Shown in pieces: positions 26,311 through 33,106 of a DNA stretch of 64,000 nt. Under the pieces are notes generated by a model. The model was not told where the DNA came from, did not search any database, and worked only from the letters and a program-made list of their open reading frames with translations. The position numbers and the translations under genes are program-made. Within the stretch, counting starts at the first letter, position 1. The number at the start of each line of letters is the position of its first letter. This DNA is from a virus (lineage: Duplodnaviria > Caudoviricetes): positions 7,654 through 71,653 of IMG/VR virus record IMGVR_UViG_3300031965_000013. One strand, given 5' to 3'.

Positions 26311-27015
26311 ATGGCTGAATCCAAGCGTATATGTTCCATTGATGGCTGCAACAGGACATTCAACGCCAAGGGGTTCTGCCTTCCCCATTACAAGCGCTGG
26401 CGTAAGTATGGCGACCCGCTTGGCAATGCGCCGCGACTATTCACCACTTGCACAATTAGTGGATGCGACAAGCCTCACGAAGCACGGGGTTGGTGCCAAA
26501 CGCACTACGGTCGATGGCTCCGATACGGCGACCCGCAAAGAATTAACTTAACATACGGCGCTGTGGCCCGATACTTCCGCGAAGTGGTGATGACCTACGA
26601 CGGGGATGAATGTCTCCAGTGGCAGTTCACGCGCCAAAGCGGTTACGGCGCGATTAAATACAAAGGCCGCATGTGGCATGTTTCAACAGTCATCTGTGAA
26701 CTTGAATATGGACCGCGGCCGACTCCCGCCCATCAAGCAGCCCATTCTTGCGGTAAGGGCCATGAGGGCTGTGTTACCAAGCGGCATCTATCATGGAAGA
26801 CGCCAGCAGACAACTGCGCGGACAAACTCCTTCACGACACGCACAATCGCGGTGAACGCAACCCTTTCTCTAAGCTGACCGAAGATGACGTTTACACCAT
26901 TCGCTCGCTCAAAGGTGCCGTTAGCAATATGGCCCTTGGAAAGCGGTTCGGCGTCAGCGCAACCACCATCCACATGATACACGCCAGAGCCAAATGGGGT
27001 TGGCTAGAGACATGA
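26311..27015 (+). CDS. His-Me finger/HNH endonuclease with two N-terminal zinc-finger repeats (antisense insertion)
   Basis: CSIDGC..CLPHYKRWRKYGDP and CTISGC..CQTHYGRWLRYGDP; AAHSCG..CVTKRHLSW. Confidence 0.85.
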   Translation: MAESKRICSIDGCNRTFNAKGFCLPHYKRWRKYGDPLGNAPRLFTTCTISGCDKPHEARGWCQTHYGRWLRYGDPQRINLTYGAVARYFREVVMTYDGDECLQWQFTRQSGYGAIKYKGRMWHVSTVICELEYGPRPTPAHQAAHSCGKGHEGCVTKRHLSWKTPADNCADKLLHDTHNRGERNPFSKLTEDDVYTIRSLKGAVSNMALGKRFGVSATTIHMIHARAKWGWLET

Positions 27016-27025
27016 GCTCCACGCG

Positions 27026-27229
27026 TCATTTTTGGAAGGCTCTCGCGTCATAACCTTCTTTGCGCCCGCATGACCGCCCGCGTCTGAACGCCTCTTTGTA
27101 GATTTCGGCTTCTCGCTCTGTCAGATCGTCAGGCACCGGGATGGCATCGATGGAACCGGCTGAGCCGTCAGCCTTCCGGCTGGTCATAGTGCCGACGAAG
27201 GGCCTCGATGGTTTGCGCGGCGCTGACAT
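27026..27229 (-). CDS. Hypothetical protein
   Basis: Short ORF; start uncertain. Confidence 0.4.
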   Translation of the reverse strand: MSAPRKPSRPFVGTMTSRKADGSAGSIDAIPVPDDLTEREAEIYKEAFRRGRSCGRKEGYDARAFQK

Positions 27230-27638
27230 GCGTAATCCACACCCCACCGGCCTTCAGCCACAAGCGGCGGTATTTTTCCCAATCGTCGATCAGAACATCG
27301 CCGGTCAAGCAACGTCGGCATTTTTCGCTGGACCGGCAACACCAGACCTCAATATGATCACCAAGATGCCTCTTCGCCCATGCTCGCTTGTTGTCTGCCG
27401 CCTCTTCCACTGAGCGCGGCACGCCAGTCAGCACAATCGGCTTGCGCGGTTCGATGAATGCCCACAATTCGTCGAAGTCCGGCATGGGCGGAATGTTCAG
27501 ATAGAAGTCCTTGACCTTGCGTACCGCTGCCCAATCGACGTTATCGAGCCGCTTGTCCGACCTTACGCCGAACACTGCTTCATGGTGGGCATCGAAGTCG
27601 GCCAACACGCCGTCCATGTCAACGAACAGTTGCGCCAT
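27168..27638 (-). CDS. HAD-family 5'(3')-deoxyribonucleotidase-like protein
   Basis: LFVDMDGVLADF motif I; LTG; VLIDD motif IV. Confidence 0.88.
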   Translation of the reverse strand: MAQLFVDMDGVLADFDAHHEAVFGVRSDKRLDNVDWAAVRKVKDFYLNIPPMPDFDELWAFIEPRKPIVLTGVPRSVEEAADNKRAWAKRHLGDHIEVWCCRSSEKCRRCLTGDVLIDDWEKYRRLWLKAGGVWITHVSAAQTIEALRRHYDQPEG

Positions 27639-27641
27639 CGC

Positions 27642-28136
27642 CTAAGCATCCTGCTCCAGGTGCGGCGCCGTCTCCTGTCGAGGCTTTGGCGGCATAGCCG
27701 GGGGCTGCGGCAGCGGATGGAACTGCGGCGCATTGGTGTCGAGCGACGGCTCGTAGCGCATCATGAATTGCCCCTTGGCGTCGCCCACGGCCTCGTCTTG
27801 CAGCTTGGCGATCCGGTTGGCGATGTCATTGTCCCAAGGGTACACGAGGGGCCACGGCTCGCTGCGCCCGGCATCGATGTAGAGATAGATCGCCTCATCC
27901 TGTACCATCTTGGCGGCGAGTACCCGATAATCCCCGGCGCCGATCTCCCAGGCCATGGAATAGGGGCGGTGCTGGCCGAGAGCCTGTATCCCGGCGGCCG
28001 CGATGGCCGGCACACCGAGCAGGAACAGGGCCACTGCGGCAGGGCGTGCCCACGTATCGCGCCTCGACCAGACGGCAAGCCATGCCGCGGCGGCGAACAG
28101 CAAGATAACGAGGACGGCAAGGTACGTTGTGTTCAC
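27642..28136 (-). CDS. Membrane-anchored protein (2 TM plus soluble domain, Pro-rich tail)
   Basis: GTG start (GTGA overlap); two hydrophobic helices then DEAIYLY..YPWD. Confidence 0.7.
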   Translation of the reverse strand: MNTTYLAVLVILLFAAAAWLAVWSRRDTWARPAAVALFLLGVPAIAAAGIQALGQHRPYSMAWEIGAGDYRVLAAKMVQDEAIYLYIDAGRSEPWPLVYPWDNDIANRIAKLQDEAVGDAKGQFMMRYEPSLDTNAPQFHPLPQPPAMPPKPRQETAPHLEQDA

Positions 28137-28324
28137 GGTGTCGCCTCGCATCTGGTCTCGATTTGCGTCGCGCCGAGATAGGTCAGTGTCCGCGCCATGC
28201 TCACTCCCGTTCTCTCGCATTTATGCTGTGAGGAAATGTCGCGGGCCTCCATGCGGATCGCCACGTCCACTCCCGGCACCATGGATCCGGTGTAGATGCC
28301 GGTGACGATGAGCAACCAAGTCAT
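28133..28324 (-). CDS. Small hypothetical protein
   Basis: MTWLLIV..C..C; starts in an NPQ-type junction. Confidence 0.6.
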   Translation of the reverse strand: MTWLLIVTGIYTGSMVPGVDVAIRMEARDISSQHKCERTGVSMARTLTYLGATQIETRCEATP

Positions 28325-28551
28325 TGGGGGTTCTCCGGGGGGGCGGGGGCGGTGGTCTCATGGCTCGTGCGGAGGCCCTGTCGCGGACACGTCGGGTTTC
28401 GGCACGTCTGCTCAGATGTCGGCGGACACATGCAGCCTGTCGGGATGAGCGGTTGAGACCACGACTGGCCCCAGCGCTGATACGGGCATATGTGCAGTGC
28501 GCCGTGAGTGTACTGTCCGCATTCGGGACACATGGGATCACCTGTTGCCAT
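28321..28551 (-). CDS. Small Cys-rich cassette protein
   Basis: CPECG..CMCPP..CRNPTC; ends ..ENPQ. Confidence 0.6.
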   Translation of the reverse strand: MATGDPMCPECGQYTHGALHICPYQRWGQSWSQPLIPTGCMCPPTSEQTCRNPTCPRQGLRTSHETTAPAPPENPQ

Positions 28552-28572
28552 CCTACTCGCCCTCCTTGCTCG
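28548..28572 (-). repeat. 25-bp gene-boundary linker, copy 2
   Basis: Reverse complement is identical to 15394-15418. Confidence 0.9.
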
Positions 28573-28856
28573 TGACGGTCATTGCGCGCTCCCTGGTACG
28601 CCACTTCATAACGAGCACCCCATACAGAAGCCCGCCATGAAGATAACCCCCGGCCCCCATATTTCATTCCAAACAACTACCACGGCACGGCCTCCAGTAC
28701 GGCGAGCCCGAGCGCGGCATAGGTGGCGATGAACACCAACAACAGCAGCAGGACTAGGGCTTTCATCGGAACACCAACCAACACAGCCCAAAGATAAACA
28801 TCAGATTAACGACACTATCAGCCACTTCAGCCCATGTCACAACATCTCCGGGCATG

Positions 28857-29030
28857 TCAGTGCATATACTGCGTGGCGAAGGCGAGGCCGCCAATTAGGC
28901 ACATGCCGGCTACTACGGCGATATAAACAGTGCGCGACTGCCCAATCACCAGCGCTGTCCCGGCGGCCGAACCAGCCATGATCAGTCCGAGATAAAGCGT
29001 CCCTATAACAAACGCCGTAATGCCACTCAT
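28857..29030 (-). CDS. Small two-TM protein
   Basis: MSGITAFVIGTLYLGLIM..; GGAGG RBS. Confidence 0.55.
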   Translation of the reverse strand: MSGITAFVIGTLYLGLIMAGSAAGTALVIGQSRTVYIAVVAGMCLIGGLAFATQYMH

Positions 29031-29150
29031 TTCATCCTCCGTTGCGTTCACAGCAGCCATCCGATCAGCACGCCGAGCACCATCGCGGGAATCCCGAAAA
29101 TGACAATGCATGTCAAAATGATGGACCATAGCGACGGTCATTCACCCATC

Positions 29151-29744
29151 TCAGCCTCTCCATCCAGACGCCGCGCGCAAGGGGCGGAACACGGCGTTGA
29201 GGCTGTCCGGGACCAGCTTGCCCGTGGCATCGAGCCTGAACCGCAGCGCCGTCTTCTCCTGCCCGTTGGAGGTCAGTTTCAAGCTTGTCGTGGCGATCTT
29301 CTTCATGCTGGACTTGCCCGGCGCTCCGGTATTGACGCTGATCTCGACATGCACGAGCACCGGCACGACGGGCGCTCGATATGCGTGGACGTTCACGATG
29401 TACTCGCCCGGCGTGATGCCCCTGGTGTACGCATTCTCGTAGTTGAGCGGAGTGGCGTCGGGCGAGTTGCCCAAATCGTCCCTGAGCAGGTTGAACAGGG
29501 TCCCGCCCTTGTTGGAGTAGCCCACCGGCCTGATCTCGCCGGGACCGTAGACCCATAGGTCAATGTCTGTGTTGCCTTCCGGCCATGTTATGGCGACGAC
29601 GAGATTGCCGGGCGGTTCGGCTTCGGATTCGTCGTTCGGCGGATTTATGTGGGGCAAAAGCCAGATCAGCATCGCCACGAAGCCCAGCACGAACAGGAAC
29701 AGAAGATCGCGGAACACGATCCCGACTGTACGGGAGCCGGTCAT
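29151..29744 (-). CDS. ExbD/MotB-like single-TM protein with YfaP-like beta domain
   Basis: FRDLLFLFVLGF TM with Asp; ITWPEGNTDIDLWV..DD..NYEN..PGEYIVNVHAY. Confidence 0.7.
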   Translation of the reverse strand: MTGSRTVGIVFRDLLFLFVLGFVAMLIWLLPHINPPNDESEAEPPGNLVVAITWPEGNTDIDLWVYGPGEIRPVGYSNKGGTLFNLLRDDLGNSPDATPLNYENAYTRGITPGEYIVNVHAYRAPVVPVLVHVEISVNTGAPGKSSMKKIATTSLKLTSNGQEKTALRFRLDATGKLVPDSLNAVFRPLRAASGWRG

Positions 29745-29977
29745 GGGGCGTCCTTGCGTGCGTACTCCCACGCCTGAATGCTGAAATAGAAAGGAGTCCA
29801 CACAGGCCACCCCAACGCAGCCACAACCGACAGTGCGCCTGCACCGCCAACGCAATACTCTGGGTTCTTTGCCGTCACCACACAGTGATTTAGGTTGGGA
29901 TGATATATACCACCAAACGTCACAACCCCGCCAAGGAGATAGGCGATAAATATTAACGTGAACACCCTGTCCGACAT
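29741..29977 (-). CDS. Small two-TM protein
   Basis: LIFIAYLLGGVVTFG and ALSVVAALGWPVW; coupled to both neighbours. Confidence 0.6.
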   Translation of the reverse strand: MSDRVFTLIFIAYLLGGVVTFGGIYHPNLNHCVVTAKNPEYCVGGAGALSVVAALGWPVWTPFYFSIQAWEYARKDAP

Positions 29978-29980
29978 TGC

Positions 29981-30547
29981 TCAATCCACCGCCCGGACGT
30001 TCCCGACGCCCCGTTCCGCCGCCATGCGATCTCCCCAGTACACGGCTAGAGCCGTCTTGAGCATCCGCGTGTTGACCTCGTGCCAGAGCGCCAGAGCAGC
30101 CCCAAGCAGCGTCGTATTAATCGCAATGCGCATTCCTGCCATGAGAGTGCCGACCGCCGCCTGAGCGCCGTCAGCGCTGCCCAGCGTGCTTTGATCGACG
30201 GCTGCGAGCGCTGAGGCAAAGCCGATCACGGTTCCGAGCAGGCCGAGCGCCACGAGCCATTCCGCCACGTTGCTCAGCCATGCGACCTTCGCGGTATCCT
30301 TGGCGGCTTCTGCCTCAACCGCTGGTGTCGCGCCGATCTGCGTGGCCTCGTTAAGCCCGCTCGATACGACGACGATCTCCTTTAGTGTCCATGTCCAGCC
30401 AATGACGAACAGGGCAAGGATGCCCCACGTTATCGGCGCACCCCCTTCGATGACGGGTCGGACGAGGCCGTTGAGCCAGAGCGCGGCAGCGAGCGCAACG
30501 GCAAGGGCGTTGAAGATCAGGAATCGGTAGCCTAGAAGATTGTTCAT
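29981..30547 (-). CDS. MotA/TolQ/ExbB proton-channel family protein
   Basis: 4 TM; LVALGLLGTVIGF and GMRIAINTTLLG match ExbB/TolQ channel helices. Confidence 0.85.
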   Translation of the reverse strand: MNNLLGYRFLIFNALAVALAAALWLNGLVRPVIEGGAPITWGILALFVIGWTWTLKEIVVVSSGLNEATQIGATPAVEAEAAKDTAKVAWLSNVAEWLVALGLLGTVIGFASALAAVDQSTLGSADGAQAAVGTLMAGMRIAINTTLLGAALALWHEVNTRMLKTALAVYWGDRMAAERGVGNVRAVD

Positions 30548-30798
30548 TACTCAAACTCGCTTGAGCCGACTTCAGTGACGCGCAGCCACTCGCCAATAAC
30601 GTCCTTCATGCAATGCTGGCAAAGGTCGAGATTGAGAAAGTTCATATCGCCGAAAATCGAGGCGTATCCTGCCACAGTATGGTAGGATAGAAAGGCTTGC
30701 GTTTCGAAGCCGTTGGGCTCGTCGCTGCCTTGGCGGCCACATCGGTCGCAAACAAGGTCAACGACCTCGCGGTGCGGGACTTCGCCGTAAATACGCAT
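30547..30798 (-). CDS. Small zinc-finger protein
   Basis: CDRCG and LCQHC. Confidence 0.6.
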   Translation of the reverse strand: MRIYGEVPHREVVDLVCDRCGRQGSDEPNGFETQAFLSYHTVAGYASIFGDMNFLNLDLCQHCMKDVIGEWLRVTEVGSSEFE

Positions 30799-31184
30799 CA
30801 GCTATCCGTCCCCGGGATTGGCGGCTCCACGTCGGTCCAGTGCTTGCCTGTCCCCAGGACGCAGGACGTGCCATTCGGCGTACTTACCAGCACGGTCCAT
30901 GAGCCTTGCGAGGACGTGAACAGCTCCAGCACGCCCATCTCGCTCTTTTCGAGACCAAAGCCGGTCTGACGCTCGCCCCATGTCTTGGCGAGTTTGCCGA
31001 CGATGGTGGCACGCTTGCCGCATGTTGACGCTGGACCATGACTTACCTGCACGATGAGCGGATCGCCAGTCACTGCCGCTTCTTGCGGAGGCGCCATGCG
31101 GGCAGAGACGGCGAGACCGACCACCACAACGCAAAAGGCCAAAAGGCCAGATGACAGCAGAGCGTGAAAGATGGTGCGCCGCAT
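30798..31184 (-). CDS. Exported/membrane-anchored protein
   Basis: GAGGAGG RBS; N-terminal hydrophobic segment; C..LELFTS..SWTVL..SC motif. Confidence 0.7.
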   Translation of the reverse strand: MRRTIFHALLSSGLLAFCVVVVGLAVSARMAPPQEAAVTGDPLIVQVSHGPASTCGKRATIVGKLAKTWGERQTGFGLEKSEMGVLELFTSSQGSWTVLVSTPNGTSCVLGTGKHWTDVEPPIPGTDS

Positions 31185-31198
31185 GGTGGCCTCCTCTA

Positions 31199-31251
31199 TT
31201 GACAATCGCCCTATGACTGACTACGATAAGGCCCACTCACGGCCCTGTCAA
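31199..31251. promoter_or_regulatory. Overlapping oppositely oriented sigma70-type promoters
   Basis: Plus: TTGACA(31199)-17-TACGAT(31222). Minus: TTGACA(31251)-17-TATCGT(31228). The -10 boxes overlap. Confidence 0.75.
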
Positions 31252-31279
31252 GGCCGAATTGACCGCAACAGGCGCAAGA

Positions 31280-31429
31280 ATGGCCCGCAACATAACCGTG
31301 AAGGCTCGGATCGAGGAGCCGGTGAAGGAAGCCCTTGAAAACGCGGCCAAAGATGACAGGCGCACTTTGTCGCAGGTCATTGAATTGGCCGTGATCGCCT
31401 ATCTCAAGGATAAGGGTTACCTGAAATGA
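31280..31429 (+). CDS. Arc-like RHH repressor (49 aa)
   Basis: Hand-translated MARNITVKARIEEPVKEALENAAKDDRRTLSQVIELAV. Confidence 0.75.
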   Translation: MARNITVKARIEEPVKEALENAAKDDRRTLSQVIELAVIAYLKDKGYLK

Positions 31430-31875
31430 CGACGGATCAGCATTCCCACGTCTACATCGTCGGCGCGGACCATGGGCTACTCAAGATCGGGAAGGCCAAC
31501 AAGCCTGAGCAACGCCTATTAGCATTGCATCGGCCAGGCATCCGTTTGTGGGTTATTGACGCGGTTCCAGTTGCCAGACGGGAAGCGCTTGCGGTTGAGC
31601 GCTATGCCCACTACCTTCTGCGCGAAAACCGCAAAGACGGCGAATGGTTCGATGTCACGCGCAACGAGGCCATCAGCGCCATCCATGCCGGCCTTGAAGC
31701 AGTTCGCGCTGGCAAGACAGCGCCAAAGCCATATGAACTGCGCTGGCTGATTGCCGTGGGCAACGCGCTGGCCGACCGTGTGGATAGCTGGCGCGGCAAG
31801 CAGCGCCCGATCCCAAATCGCTCAGAAGCGGTGCGCCAGCTTATGGAGAAGGCACTGGAGGCCGAGGGCGAATGA
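31426..31875 (+). CDS. GIY-YIG (T5orf172-like) domain fused to RHH
   Basis: VYIVG..LKIGKANKPEQRL..GEWF; C-terminal IPNRSEAVRQLMEKAL. Confidence 0.75.
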   Translation: MTTDQHSHVYIVGADHGLLKIGKANKPEQRLLALHRPGIRLWVIDAVPVARREALAVERYAHYLLRENRKDGEWFDVTRNEAISAIHAGLEAVRAGKTAPKPYELRWLIAVGNALADRVDSWRGKQRPIPNRSEAVRQLMEKALEAEGE

Positions 31876-32348
31876 CCGCCAAGGTCATCCCACTTCCAGC
31901 AGCCTATTGCGTATACGTGCTCGGCCCCGAGGATGGGCCGCAAAAGGTTGGCGTTTCCAATGACCTTCGTCGCCGTCTAGTCAGCATTCAGAACGGCAAC
32001 CATCTGGACCTCTGTGTCGCCGCCGCGATTCCGGTTCACCGCTCCGAAGCGCGCACGGTTGAGAAGTTCGCCCACAGGCTCCTATGGGAGTTCAAAATTC
32101 GCGGCGAGTGGTTCGATGTGACGCCAGAGCAAGCCGCTGCGGCGGTTATGCGGGCCGTGGCCGCTCTCCGCAACGGCGAGGAAATCCCCTGCCCCAAGCA
32201 CGCCGGAACAATCAATGTCCGTCTGTCCGAGGCGTCCCTTGCGCTACTGGAAGAGGCTGCCGCCGAAAGAGGACTGACTGTCTCTTCGTTCATGCGGATG
32301 GCGTCGCTGGCATGGGCACGGGAACGGGGCTATCTGAAGGAGGATTGA
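31872..32348 (+). CDS. GIY-YIG (T5orf172-like) domain fused to RHH, paralog
   Basis: VYVLG..QKVGVSNDLRRRL..RGEWF; C-terminal INVRLSE..LTVSSFMR. Confidence 0.75.
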   Translation: MTAKVIPLPAAYCVYVLGPEDGPQKVGVSNDLRRRLVSIQNGNHLDLCVAAAIPVHRSEARTVEKFAHRLLWEFKIRGEWFDVTPEQAAAAVMRAVAALRNGEEIPCPKHAGTINVRLSEASLALLEEAAAERGLTVSSFMRMASLAWARERGYLKED

Positions 32349-32350
32349 CA

Positions 32351-32575
32351 ATGGATGCAAGGACCGATGACCTGATCAGACGGCTCGCTGCCCATCTGCA
32401 CCAGACCGAGATCCCCGATATTGCCCCGGACGGCCACGAGCACGAAGCAACATTCGCCCTGCTTCTGGAGGAGTGGGGACGAGAGTTCTGTCTTGGATAC
32501 GATCCGTATCAGATCGTCGAGGCGCTGGCACGGCGTGCCGTCGAGTTTGTGCGAGCAGAGGGCGAACAGCCATAA
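32351..32575 (+). CDS. Hypothetical protein
   Basis: GGAGG RBS. Confidence 0.55.
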   Translation: MDARTDDLIRRLAAHLHQTEIPDIAPDGHEHEATFALLLEEWGREFCLGYDPYQIVEALARRAVEFVRAEGEQP

Positions 32576-32614
32576 CCCGCCGGATTGTCCGGCCCGTAAC
32601 GAAGGAGAACGAAG

Positions 32615-32803
32615 ATGGTAATGCCGCCACCGCCAGCGCCGCTGCATCCGTATGCGACCGAGGAAGATCGGATTGCCTATGAGAAAGCCATGGTGCGCTA
32701 CAGGCGGGAGTTAATGGCAGTGCCCGTGGTCATGGGGCTTATGGTGCTGATAACCGCACTAGGCGCGCTCTGGCTAGGCTTTGCGGTCGGGCTGTCATCC
32801 TAG
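32615..32803 (+). CDS. Small membrane protein
   Basis: AAGGAG RBS; C-terminal TM. Confidence 0.55.
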   Translation: MVMPPPPAPLHPYATEEDRIAYEKAMVRYRRELMAVPVVMGLMVLITALGALWLGFAVGLSS

Positions 32804-32822
32804 TCAGGCTTATCCGGCCCGT

Positions 32823-33026
32823 TCATCGGAACAGGTTCGGCGCCAGGCTCGCCGCCACACCGCCCACCGTGGCCGAAACCCCGACGATGAACAGCAACGC
32901 TTTCTTGCCGCCTCGCACCGTCAGCAGTGCATCCCTGATCTCGCGGACATCGGAGCACATGCCCTCCACGGACCGTTCGATCGCCGTCATGCGGGCCTCT
33001 AGCGCGCCGATTTCGCGTTCCGTCAT
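32823..33026 (-). CDS. Holin-like (XhlA-like) protein
   Basis: Coiled coil then single C-terminal TM; follows the fibre genes. Confidence 0.5.
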   Translation of the reverse strand: MTEREIGALEARMTAIERSVEGMCSDVREIRDALLTVRGGKKALLFIVGVSATVGGVAASLAPNLFR

Positions 33027-33106
33027 GGCGGGTTTCCTTGTGGTGCGATGTGATGGAATGCCGTCTCAGCGGCTCAGCGCGAAATCCGGGAACCGCACAT
33101 GCGAGC

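Noticed and set aside
29151-30547. Zorya defence system
   Set aside because: No long ZorA tail, no OmpA-like domain and no ZorC/D/E genes; reported instead as a distinct motor-like module
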